A stretch of DNA of 64,000 nt, taken from the NCBI GenBank assembly GCA_963700285.1, contig CAVOXA010000010.1:1696001-1760000 (forward strand), in the 5' to 3' direction. Within the stretch, counting starts at the first letter, position 1; every line of letters begins with the position of its first letter. This DNA comes from an uncultured Chloroflexia bacterium. GTDB taxonomy: Bacteria; Chloroflexota; Anaerolineae; JAAYZQ01. The notes below the pieces were generated by a model. The model was given only the letters and a program-made list of their open reading frames with translations. It made no database searches and had not been told where the DNA came from. Both the position numbers and the translations under genes were made by a program. Positions 17,349 through 27,600 of this stretch are shown piece after piece.

Positions 17349-18569
17349 ATGCGAGGAAAAAGAACCCTCTTGAGCGCAATGGCCGTGTTACTCGGCAGCC
17401 TGCTGCTCATCGGGCCGAGTCTGGCAATCGGGCGGGCCCAAGCGCCCAATCAGGCGGGCCTGGTGGTGCAGTTGGGTGATGGCTCTCTAATCACCCGCTG
17501 CATAGACTTTAGCGAATCCGAGATCAACAGCTACGATCTGTTGCTTCGTTCTGGCCTGACCGTTGTCACCTCTGGCGACCCGACAGTGGGAATGGCCGTC
17601 TGCAATATCGAGGCGGAGGGTTGTCCGGCCAGCGATTGCTTCTGCCAGTGCAAGGGCAGTACCTGCACCTACTGGTCCTACTGGCACCTGGTGGACGGGG
17701 CCTGGCAGTATTCTTCGCTCGGCGCCAGCGGCCATACGGCTGCCCCTGGCGACGTCGAGGGCTGGCACTGGGGTGAGGCACAGCCCCCGCCGGTTATACC
17801 CTTGGCCGAGATCTGCGTCCCGCCAGCGACCGACACACCCGAGCCCACACCCACCTGGACATCGTCGCCGACCCCCCTGCCGACCGATACGCCATCGCCC
17901 AGCCCTGAGCCGTCGGCCACCTGGACGCCCTCTCCTAGCGCGCTACCGCCCACGGACACACCGTTGCCCACGGACACACCAGACCCAACAGTGACCGAGG
18001 CAGCCACCGCGACGCCCACCACCAAAGTGCCCATTGCCTTGCAGGCAACGCCGGAACCAGTGCCCGAGTCCGGCGGCTCCGGCCAGGCCGGCCCAACGAT
18101 AACATCGACGCCCGACGCCTCCAGCCAGGTACAGCCAACGGCTGCCCCTGCTCCGACCGACACATCGGAGCCACCACCGCCTACGTCACCTCCGCCTACG
18201 CCGATACCGGTGGTGCAGAGCTCGGCTACCCCGGCCCAGATCCCGCCCGCCACAGTCACGCCGGCGGCAGTGATGCTGCCGACCAATACACCTCTACCCC
18301 TGGCAACCCAGGTAGCTCTGGCGGCAGATCCTGCTTCCGGAGCGCGATCGGACGCCGCCCAAGCAGGTCAGGAGAGCGGGCAGACAAGAAGCAACAAGAA
18401 CCTATTGACCATCCTCAGCGTTGGTGTGGGGATGGCCTACATCTTTTTCGTGCTGTTCGTGGTTGTTTTGGCAGGGCTATTCGTCCTGGTCAGGCTCAGA
18501 GCAGCGCTAGGAGGTGAGAGATGCCCGACCTGCTGGAAAGGAATGACGTTTCGACGCTTTACGCCCTGA
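17349..18569 (+). CDS. Membrane-anchored surface protein: DUF4430-like Cys-rich domain, long Pro/Thr stalk, C-terminal TM helix
   Basis: Signal peptide; AVCNIEAEGCPASDCFCQC...YWSYWH...WQYSSLGA......GDVEGWHWG; PT-rich region; hydrophobic C-terminal helix. The true stop may be the TAG near 18508 if an indel is present. Confidence 0.8.
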   Translation: MRGKRTLLSAMAVLLGSLLLIGPSLAIGRAQAPNQAGLVVQLGDGSLITRCIDFSESEINSYDLLLRSGLTVVTSGDPTVGMAVCNIEAEGCPASDCFCQCKGSTCTYWSYWHLVDGAWQYSSLGASGHTAAPGDVEGWHWGEAQPPPVIPLAEICVPPATDTPEPTPTWTSSPTPLPTDTPSPSPEPSATWTPSPSALPPTDTPLPTDTPDPTVTEAATATPTTKVPIALQATPEPVPESGGSGQAGPTITSTPDASSQVQPTAAPAPTDTSEPPPPTSPPPTPIPVVQSSATPAQIPPATVTPAAVMLPTNTPLPLATQVALAADPASGARSDAAQAGQESGQTRSNKNLLTILSVGVGMAYIFFVLFVVVLAGLFVLVRLRAALGGERCPTCWKGMTFRRFTP

Positions 18570-18781
18570 AGGTGGGATGCCAGTCTCATGACAGTACGGC
18601 CGGACCTGCGCTACACCGCCTGGTGGAGGCCTGGCAGGCCCTGGAGCTACTGGAGGAGAATCTGCCGGATGGTCCCGATCGTTGGCAGGCAGACGGCATC
18701 CACGTGGCCCGGGAGGGGATCCGGCGTGCCTGGCTGGCGGTTTCCAACCTGGATCGAGGCTTGAAGCGTCGGCGTAGATAG
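18521..18781 (+). CDS. Small helical hypothetical protein
   Basis: Strong RBS ggaggtg 5 nt before the ATG; 86 aa. Confidence 0.55.
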   Translation: MPDLLERNDVSTLYALKVGCQSHDSTAGPALHRLVEAWQALELLEENLPDGPDRWQADGIHVAREGIRRAWLAVSNLDRGLKRRRR

Positions 18782-18976
18782 GTGTGTTGTTATCAAGCGC
18801 AACGCACCAGGCTGTCGCACGACAATCTTCTTTTCATTGCCTCACATTCTCTGCACGATCTCAGTTGGTCCGCAGAGCTTCTGCCGAAGGCCATGGCTCA
18901 GGTGGGGCCGGAATGGGAGCGAGAATTACAGAGGCAACCTGCCAGAGCAGGGTGACTGCTTCTTCTGCTCATACGC

Positions 18977-19019
18977 AAAAAAAGGGGAGCGAGGCCCAGT
19001 GGGCTCGCTCCCCCCTTTC
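18977..19019. terminator. Bidirectional intrinsic terminator
   Basis: aaaaaaa-ggggagcgag-gcccagtggg-ctcgctcccc-cttt. Confidence 0.8.
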
Positions 19020-19041
19020 GTTCGAAAAAACCTGCGTACCG

Positions 19042-21278
19042 CTACGGTGTAACCGACGGGCGGGTCATGCCACCTACGTCTGCGCCCAGATCGGCCTGGC
19101 TGTCGTACAGGAATTGGAGGATGTACTTGGGATTATGGGCAAAAGCGCCAGGATCCTTTCTGGTATACTGGTAGTTGTAGGCTGCCCGAAGTAGACGCGG
19201 CGTCCAGGCAGCATAGCGGTTGTCATAGACAGCCTCACCCTCGTCGGCTTCTCCATTGCCGTCCGTGTCGGAGAAAAAGTAGGGATAGGTGTGAGGTTCA
19301 TAGACGATGGGAGTTCCGGTAACGCCGGTCGCATAGTCCTGCATGGCAGCGTACAGGCCCTGAGCTCATGCCGTCGATCTCGCCGGCGATCCCTTCTTCG
19401 GTGTCACCGTCGCCGTCATAGTCCGTGCTGTCCATGCGAATGCTAGCCAGGTCCTCTCGGGTCTGTACGCCCGGGTGACAAGCACCGCACTCCTCTACCT
19501 CGACGTCCTGGCGATGGGTGTCGTGGCACTGGGTGCAAGTCCTGTAGGCTTCCACGTGCGTCAGCCGGCCGTTGTATCCTTCCGATCCATACTCGTAGGC
19601 TCCCTGGACCTCCGTACCGTATAGGGTGGCGCCCAGCCGCAAAGTAGTGGATGTTGATGAACTCCTGCCCATCGATGACCGTGTCCAGGTCCTGGCCCGC
19701 GATGGCGCCGTTGATCGTAGCGATGGAGCTCAGCCCCTGGTGGCAGTTGAGGCACAGGTTGCTGCTTGGGTCGCCGCTGTCGATCAGCGTGCCCCTGGGG
19801 AACCTGACCCAATCTACTGGATAGATCGAGAAGGTGGTCAGGTCGTCGTGGCAGGTGGCGCAGTTCAGCCCATTGGAGGGCTGCTCCGTGATGTTCACCC
19901 CCTCGGTCAGGTACAGGGGCAGACCGTCCTTCGTGTGACACCGGGCGCAGTGGCCGGGTACGCTGCCCTCCTCATCCCAGTTGCGGAATGCTCTCTCCGA
20001 GCCGGCAAAGTGGCCGTGGTCGATGCGGTTCACCTTCGAGAGATCGATGGGATTGGACAGTGCTTCATTCAGGTTCTCGATGGAGTCGTACAGTAGCTGG
20101 ATCATGTACTTGCCACCGTGGGCATAGGAACCAGGATCCTTGAGCGAGGTCTGATAGTTGTAGGCGGCTTTAGCCAGGCGGCCGGTCCAGGCATTGTAGC
20201 CGTTGGAGGGGTCGGCCTCACCTTCATCCACTTCGCCGTTGGCATTGCCGTCAACGAAAAAGTAGGGGTAGATGTGGGATTCATAGACGATGGGCGTACC
20301 CGATACCTCAGCGGTGTAAGCCCGGATCGCCTCGTAGAGCATCTCCTGTAGGCCCTCAACCTCGTAATAGATGCCCTCTTCCAGATCGCCGTCGCCGTCA
20401 TAATCCACCAGCGAGCCCGCCATGCGTCGATCCTTGGGGTCGCTCTCGGTATGGCATTCACTGCAGGTTTCTGTTTTCAGCTCCAACGTATGAGTGTCGT
20501 GACAACCGACACAGGTATCCAGGCCTGCTACGTGGTCATGCTTGGCGTCGTAGGCCTTGCCCTCATACTCGTAGCCTCCCTGCGCCAGGGTACCATACAG
20601 GGAAGCCGCCGCGGCCTTGTAATGGATGTTGGTAAAGCCCAGATCCTCGCTCACCGTATCCATATCCTCCAGGCCGGCCTCGGCAATCGCATCGTCCACG
20701 GAAGCCTTGGACGTCCGTCCCTGGTGGCACTCCATGCAGCGGGCCTCGGGGCCAAGACCGGTAATCTCCATGCCCGAAGGAAAGACTACGGTGTCCCAGG
20801 TTTCGGTGGCCTTGTTGTGGCAGGTGTTGCAGTTGATCACGGTCCCCACGGCGTGGTCATTGTCCACGGCGCGCGCCGCACTGCCATCCATCCCCAAAAA
20901 GTCCAGGTAGCCGGTCTCGCTATGGCACTTGGCGCAGTTGGCAGGGATGACCGGCGGATCATCATCGTCCCAATGGCGGAACGCCTCTGCTTCTGCGTCG
21001 GCGTGGGCGGACGCGGCCCACTCGGCATCATAGGCGGTTTGCGTGTCTGTACCAGGACCTGCCGGACATTCTGCCTCCGGGCACTCGGGACATTCTGCCT
21101 GTGGGCAGACCGGGCAGTCCGGACAGGTCTCTACGGCCGGACAGTCCGGACACTCTACTTGTGGACATTCCGGGCAATCCGGACATTCGGGACAGGGCTC
21201 TGAAGTTGCTCCACAACCAACCAGCACAAGAGCCAGCAACAGGCCGAGCGCCACTACCACCAGCGGCTTCCACTGCAT
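19042..21278 (-). CDS. Multiheme (10 CxxCH) c-type cytochrome lipoprotein with tandem 5-heme modules; two frameshifts (~19635, ~19360)
   Basis: Lipobox LVGC; CAKCH, CNTCH, CMECH, CVGCH, CSECH, CARCH, CATCH, CLNCH, then CTQCH and CGACH in the shifted frame; duplicated AFRxWD / NIHY.AA / YPYFF / AAYNYQ blocks; RBS ggagga. Confidence 0.85.
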
Positions 21279-21500
21279 TGGGTTCATTCCTCCTAGGTCC
21301 GTGCAAGTTGCAGACGCGTTACATGATATCACAGTTCTCCAGAGAAACGAAATCTGCCCTTGTAGCCGGTCTGCACCGGTCTCGACCAGAGAATGGTTGT
21401 TTGTCTTCCCGGGCCAAAAAGGATATAATGACCAGGGACTGTGATGGTTGAACCCACAGTGTGAGTCCAAGCCTGCTGCATGCTGAAGGGAGCGTGGATC

Positions 21501-22475
21501 GTGAGTGAACTGCTTGTTGCTGCTACGAACCAAGGCATTGTCGTCGCTGGGCGTGGGGACGAGGTTTGGCAGGTACAGAGCCAGAGCCTGAAAAGCCACC
21601 GGGTCAATACCTTGAGCGTTCAGAAGGGAACGGTCCTGGCTGGTACAAGGCAGGGCATCTATCGCTCCAGCGACCAGGGGCAAACCTGGCAGGCCGCCAG
21701 CGAGGGGCTGACCGAACTTCACGTGCGCTGGATGGCTCACCATCCCGATGGGTCGGGCACAGTTCTGGCTGGCACCGAGCCGGCAGCCCTCTTCCTTTCA
21801 CGCGATGGTGGGCAGACATGGGCAGAGCGCCCCGAGGTAGCCCAGCTTCGCGACGAGCATGGCTGGTACTTGCCCTACTCGCCCGAGGCCGGCTGCGTGC
21901 GTGGTTTTGCCTTTCACGGCGACCGCGTCTACGCTGCCGTAGAAGTGGGCGGGCTGCTGCGCTCCGATGATGGTGGTGAAACCTGGCATCTGGCCAAGGG
22001 CAGCAGCGGCGACCCTCGCGCCCTGCCAAGGGACCATATCCACCCCGACGTGCATTCCGTGGTCGCGCATCCCTCATCACCAGATCTGCTCTTTGCCCCA
22101 ACTGGTGGCGGCTTTTACTCTTCAGAGGATGGCGGCGAGACGTGGGAGCAGTCTTATCGGTGTTATTGTCGGGCCGCATGGGTCGATCCCCATGACGCCG
22201 GGCACCTGATCCTTGGCCCTGCCGACTCGGTGAACCGCGAGGGTCGTATCGAAGAGACCCAGAATGGTGGGGCGACCTGGGGGCCAGCCTCGGAGGGACT
22301 TGTGGTGCCCTGGCCGCGCCACATGCTCGAGCGCTTGCGGCAAGAGGGCGAGGAGCTGTTCGCCGTGCTATCCAATGGCGAGCTGCTGTCTGCTTCCCTG
22401 GCGAAGCTTGCCTGGCAGCGTATCCTGCCCGCTGTAGAGGGGGTACATGCCTTGGCCATCATGAAGCTGGACTGA
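21501..22475 (+). CDS. WD40/YVTN/BNR-like beta-propeller protein
   Basis: Repeated Asp-box motifs S.D.G.TW; GTEPAALF.S.DGG.TW; HPDVH. Confidence 0.85.
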   Translation: MSELLVAATNQGIVVAGRGDEVWQVQSQSLKSHRVNTLSVQKGTVLAGTRQGIYRSSDQGQTWQAASEGLTELHVRWMAHHPDGSGTVLAGTEPAALFLSRDGGQTWAERPEVAQLRDEHGWYLPYSPEAGCVRGFAFHGDRVYAAVEVGGLLRSDDGGETWHLAKGSSGDPRALPRDHIHPDVHSVVAHPSSPDLLFAPTGGGFYSSEDGGETWEQSYRCYCRAAWVDPHDAGHLILGPADSVNREGRIEETQNGGATWGPASEGLVVPWPRHMLERLRQEGEELFAVLSNGELLSASLAKLAWQRILPAVEGVHALAIMKLD

Positions 22476-22547
22476 GAGCCCGGGTCGTGTACGGCGAACG
22501 TAGGAGGGCTCGTACCAGGTATCGAGCTTCAAGCAGGAGGTAGGTCA

Positions 22548-23696
22548 ATGACTGACACTCAGGCGCAATCACCGGCGGCGATGCTCGAGGCCCAGCTGAA
22601 GCCCTGGCACGATGCCGTGGCGGAACCGGCAGGGGCACAGGAGGTGGTCCTCCACCGTTTGCTGCAGTCCTATGCTCAGACTGACTATGGCTCACAGCAC
22701 GGCGCCACCCAGATCCAGAACATCAATGACTATCGCCGTGCTTTCCCCGTTACGACCTACGAGGACTACAAGCCACTTGTCCAGCGCGTTATGGCCGGCG
22801 AGGTTGGCTTGCTGCTGGACGAGGAGCCGGTTGGTTGGGCCATCACCCGGGGCACCACCGGCGACGAGTCCAAATTCATCCCCATGACACCCACCGATCT
22901 GCGCATGCGGGTCAGCGCCGGGCGGGCGATGATGAACTATGTCGCGACCTCCGGCCGCTACGACCTGTTCCAGGGTGTGAACCTGAATCTCAATTTCCCC
23001 TCGGTGGTAGGCACGGTGCTCGTTGGCGACAGGGACCTAGAATACGGCTACAGCTCGGGCATCTATACAAAGTACGTTTCAGCCCAGACGCCCATCCGCT
23101 CGGTGCCATCCCAGGACGAGATCGATGCTCTGGGCGGGGGCAAGGCTCAGAGCGACTGGGACGCCCGTTTTGAGCTGGCCTATCAGAAGGCCAAGGCGGA
23201 GAATGTAACCCTGGTAGGGGGCGTTGCCACGACGGCCGTGCTCTTTGGCCGCTATTTGCGCCGCGCCCACGGGCTCTATCCCAAGGATCTGTGGCAGACG
23301 CAGATCGTGACCCTGGGCAGCGTACCCGGGATCAATACCACCTACCGGGAGACGCTCAAGGCGCTTTTTGGCAAGGTCGTCATCCGCGAGATCTATGGCG
23401 CTACAGAGGGCATGTTCGGGCAGCAGCGGGATGAGAGGCGGGCCTGGGTCCCAAACTACGATCTATTCTTCCTTGAGGTTGAGACCCGCTCTGGCATCAA
23501 GATGCTGCATGAAATGCGCCCGGGCGAAAGGGGGAGCCTGATCGTATCGACGCCGATCCTGCCCCGCTACCAGATCGGCGACCGCATCCTCGCCCTCAAG
23601 CCTCCCTACTTTCGTTGTATCGGCCGCGAGCACTGGTGGACGTCCCTGCGTTACGCTTGGGATGAGTTCAGGACGATGAATCTCGGCAGGCTGTGA
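22548..23696 (+). CDS. GH3 acyl-acid amido synthetase family protein (short)
   Basis: TRGTTGDESKFIP, EIYGATEG, RYQIGD adenylate-forming motifs. Confidence 0.8.
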   Translation: MTDTQAQSPAAMLEAQLKPWHDAVAEPAGAQEVVLHRLLQSYAQTDYGSQHGATQIQNINDYRRAFPVTTYEDYKPLVQRVMAGEVGLLLDEEPVGWAITRGTTGDESKFIPMTPTDLRMRVSAGRAMMNYVATSGRYDLFQGVNLNLNFPSVVGTVLVGDRDLEYGYSSGIYTKYVSAQTPIRSVPSQDEIDALGGGKAQSDWDARFELAYQKAKAENVTLVGGVATTAVLFGRYLRRAHGLYPKDLWQTQIVTLGSVPGINTTYRETLKALFGKVVIREIYGATEGMFGQQRDERRAWVPNYDLFFLEVETRSGIKMLHEMRPGERGSLIVSTPILPRYQIGDRILALKPPYFRCIGREHWWTSLRYAWDEFRTMNLGRL

Positions 23697-23704
23697 GCAC
23701 GTGG

Positions 23705-23733
23705 TTGACCTTTCCACCCGCTCATAGTATAAT
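23705..23733 (+). promoter_or_regulatory. Sigma70 promoter for the glycosylation operon
   Basis: TTGACC-17-TATAAT. Confidence 0.8.
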
Positions 23734-23828
23734 TTGCCTCGTCCGGTATGGCGTATGCTGCTGGACACATCGCCCCGAGTATAGGCGGGACTGCCGCGCC
23801 GGGGCACAACTTGAGCAAATAGGCAAGT

Positions 23829-24566
23829 ATGAACGAAGCTAAAGTGATGGTGGTTGTCCCCACCTATAACGAGGCCGAAAACCTCTCGGCTATGGTTGGC
23901 GAGTTGCTGGCCCTGGGCCTGCCAGGCCTGGAGATCCTGGTTGTGGATGACGACTCCCCGGATGGTACCGGGGCGATCGCCGATGATCTGGTCCAGCAGC
24001 ACCCGGGCCGGGTGCACGTCCTGCACCGGATGGGTGAGCGGGGTTTGGGTACGGCCTACAGGGCCGGTTTCGGCTATGCTCTGGACCATGGGGCTGACTT
24101 TATCGTTCAGATGGATGCCGACTTTTCCCATTCACCCTCATACATCCCCCGATTCCTTGAGGCAATCGAGGATTACGACGTCGTGATAGGGTCGCGCTAT
24201 GTGTCCGGCGGCAGCTTGGACGAGCAGTGGGGCGTGGGACGATACCTTCTGAGTTGGTGGGCCAATAGTGTCTACACCCATCTGATCCTGGGAGTCAAAG
24301 TCAAGGATGCTACGGCTGGCTTTAAATGCTGGCGTCGGGCGACGTTGGAGGGCATTGGCCTGGATCGCGTGCACTCGAACGGCTACGTCTTTCAGGTGGA
24401 AATGGCCTACCTCACAGAAAAGTTGGGCTATCGCTTCCTGGAGATCCCGATTCACTTCGAAGACCGGCGCATCGGCCAGTCCAAGATGACCATGCCGGTC
24501 AAGATCGAAGCTGCCCTGCGGCCGCTTGAGATCCGTAGGCGACATCGTGGTACAGAGCGGGCCTAG
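23829..24566 (+). CDS. Polyprenol monophosphomannose synthase (GT2, Ppm1/DPM1-like)
   Basis: [46 protein letters not shown]. Confidence 0.92.
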   Translation: MNEAKVMVVVPTYNEAENLSAMVGELLALGLPGLEILVVDDDSPDGTGAIADDLVQQHPGRVHVLHRMGERGLGTAYRAGFGYALDHGADFIVQMDADFSHSPSYIPRFLEAIEDYDVVIGSRYVSGGSLDEQWGVGRYLLSWWANSVYTHLILGVKVKDATAGFKCWRRATLEGIGLDRVHSNGYVFQVEMAYLTEKLGYRFLEIPIHFEDRRIGQSKMTMPVKIEAALRPLEIRRRHRGTERA

Positions 24567-24569
24567 CGC

Positions 24570-24632
24570 ATGACCAGTGACCAATGACCGGTAGCCGCCT
24601 TGCGTGGTCATCGCGCATTGGCCATTGGTAGC
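24570..24632. repeat. Inverted heptamer-array element
   Basis: tgaccag tgaccaa tgaccgg ... tggtcat cgcgcat tggccat tggtagc. Confidence 0.65.
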
Positions 24633-24647
24633 GGATATTTGCTCACT

Positions 24648-27600
24648 ATGCAACGATCCAGGAAATGGCTTCTGGACGGGGGAGCCCTGCTCGTCCTGCT
24701 GATCCTGCCCTTGATCCTGTTCTGGCCGGTAGCAGTGGGCCAGAAGACCCTCATCCCGGCCGACAACCTCTATCAGTGGGAGCCATACCGGACCGATGCT
24801 GACCAGCAAGGGGTAGATCTCCCACCGCACAATGAACTCCTCAGTGACCTGGTACTTGAGAACCTGGTCTGGAAGCGGTTCATCGTCCAGTCGATCCAGG
24901 CCCGAGAGGTACCGCTGTGGAACCCCCATCTGTTTGGCGGCGTGCCTTTCCTGGCCGCCGGCCAGCACTCGGCCCTCTATCCCTTAAGCGGGCTGTTCTA
25001 CGTCCTGCCCCTGATCCGGGCCTATGGTTTGTTCACCGTACTCCAGCTGTGGCTGGCCGGAGCTTTTATGTATATCTTTGGCCGGACGCTGCGCATGGGA
25101 CGCTTCCCGGCCCTCGTTGCTGGCATCACCTTCCAACTAAGCGCCTTCTTCCTGGTCAGTGTGGTATTCAGCATGATCATCGCCGCCGCTGCCTGGCTGC
25201 CGCTGCTGCTGGCGATTATCGAGGTCATGGTCCGCAAGCAGGAGGAAAAAGGGACAGGCCCCTTTGTGCCCGTCGTCTATGTCCTGCTGGGCAGCACAGC
25301 GCTGGGCATTCACGTCTTAGCCGGTCACCCCGAGATCCTGGTCTACACCTTGATGGTCATGGCCTACTATGCGCTGATCAGGCTCATCCTACTCTGGCGG
25401 CGCGTGGGGGATTGGAGGCCGTCCCTACGTCTAGGGTGCTGGCTGGCACTGATGGTGGGCTTGGGCATCGGGCTCGGCTCGGTGCAACTGATCCCGCTGT
25501 TTGAACTGGTCACCAGCAGCTTTCGTGAGGGCTCGGTGACCTATGCCGACGTCGTCGGCTGGGCCTATCCCGGCCGGCAGATCTTGACCTTCCTGGTGCC
25601 CGACTTTTTTGGCAACCCAGCGCACCATGGTTACTGGGATCTGGTAAGCCGGCAGTGGGTGGCCGCGGACCGCATCTTCTGGGGCATCAAGAACTATGTC
25701 GAGGCCGGAAGCTACGTTGGCATTCTGCCCCTCCTTCTGGCGACGGTGGCTGTGTTTGGATCTCTCCGCTCTTCAGAGAATCGGCGACACATCTGGATCT
25801 TTGCTGCGTTGGCAGCCCTGTCGCTGCTTTTTGTCTTTGGCACTCCCCTGTACGCCATCCTTTACTATGGTTTGCCCGGCATCAAGCAGCTTCATTCGCC
25901 ATTCCGCTGGATTTTCCCCTATACCCTGAGTGTGGCCGTGCTGGCAGGCTTTGGGGTAAAAAGCCTGAGTACGGCAATTCGGAGATTGGATGTTGGGGAG
26001 CAGGGGATAGTCGGAATCGAAATGCGTGGATCTAGAATCCTAGCCCTGTTTGCCTGGGCTATCCTGCTTGTGGGGGCCGCGATGGTGGCTGTGCTGGCCA
26101 TCGTGTTCATCGCCCCGGAGCTTTTTTTGCCGCTGGCAGACAGGTTTCTGGTTGCCGTGGAGAAGGCACAGGAGGCGTTTGGCAGCGGCCGGATGCTCTT
26201 GTCCTACCAATGGCGGAACTTTTTGATCCTTGGGCTAGTGCTTGTCGCTAGTGGGCTGGTGCTGCTCGCGAGCCGCCGTGCCCTCTATCTATCTATACGC
26301 AAACCCGTAAAAGTTCGGACACCGGTGTGGCAGATCCTGGTGGTGGCAGTGGTAGCAGTGGATCTGCTGCTCTTTGGGGCGGGCTTCAATCCGGCTTCCG
26401 ATCCAGCCTGGCTTGGCTATACACCGCCTTCTGTCGAGTTCTTGAAGGAACGTAGCGAGGGAGTCGAACCCTGGCGACTGACTACCTACCAAGTCGAGGG
26501 CGGGACCAAGACTCTGAACGCCAATATCCCCTGGCTTCACGATCTCCAGGACGTCCGGGGCTACGATTCCATCATTCCCCGCCAATATGTGACCTACATG
26601 CGCGCGATTGAGAACCAGGGGGAGCTGCTCTACAACCGGATCGCACCCATCTATGGCCTGGAGAACCTCAGCTCGCCGTTGCTGGACCTGCTAAACGTGC
26701 GCTACGTTGTAACTGAGGGTGAGGTTCCCAATCCTGACTATGAGCTGGTCTACGACGACAAAGTACGCATCTATGAGAACACCGATGTCCTGCCCCGCGC
26801 CTTTGCCCTATCCCGCGCCGAGGTCGTCAGCGAGGCTGATCTAGCCGGGCGTCTGTCCAGCCTGGATCCCCGAGCACTGGTGCTCCTGGACGAGGATACA
26901 ATACCCGATGCCCAAGTTCCAGGTTCGGATCTGAAATGGCCTCTGCAGCCTGCATCCATTGCAGCCTATGCGCCCAACGTTGTCTTTGTCGACGTCGAGA
27001 TGCCTGGTCCGGGTTGGCTAGTACTGGCCGACAGCTATTCCCCGGGTTGGAAGGCCTATCGATCAGATCCCGATGGCAAGGCCCCGGATCCCAAATCCGA
27101 GCCGGCGAATGAGCGCGAGCTGACCATCGTTCGGGCAGACGGCAACTTTCGGGCGGTCTTTTTGGAAGAGGGGCGACACCGAGTCCGGTTCAAATATACT
27201 CCCATGAGCTTTAAGCTTGGGCTGTATGGCAGTTTCATGGCTGTGGTCGTGATGCTCTTGGTGGGGTTCTATTGGCTGTGGGGGCGCTTTTACCGGGAGA
27301 GCGCCGACGATCCCACAGTCAAGCGGGTGGCCAAAAACAGTCTGTTGCCTATGGGCCTGCAGTTGCTCAACAAGGTCATTGACTTTGCCTTTGCCATGCT
27401 CATGCTCCGCATTCTGGCGCCAGAGATGGCCGGGCGCTACTACTTTGCCGTGGCCTTTATCGGCTATTTTGACATCCTGGTGCGCTTTGGGCTGGGTACG
27501 CTGCTCACCCGTGAGGTGTCCAAGGAACGAGAGCAGGGCAACAGGTATCTGAGTACCGTCACGATCTTGAGAGGGCTGCTGTGGCTGACCTCGGTGCCGT

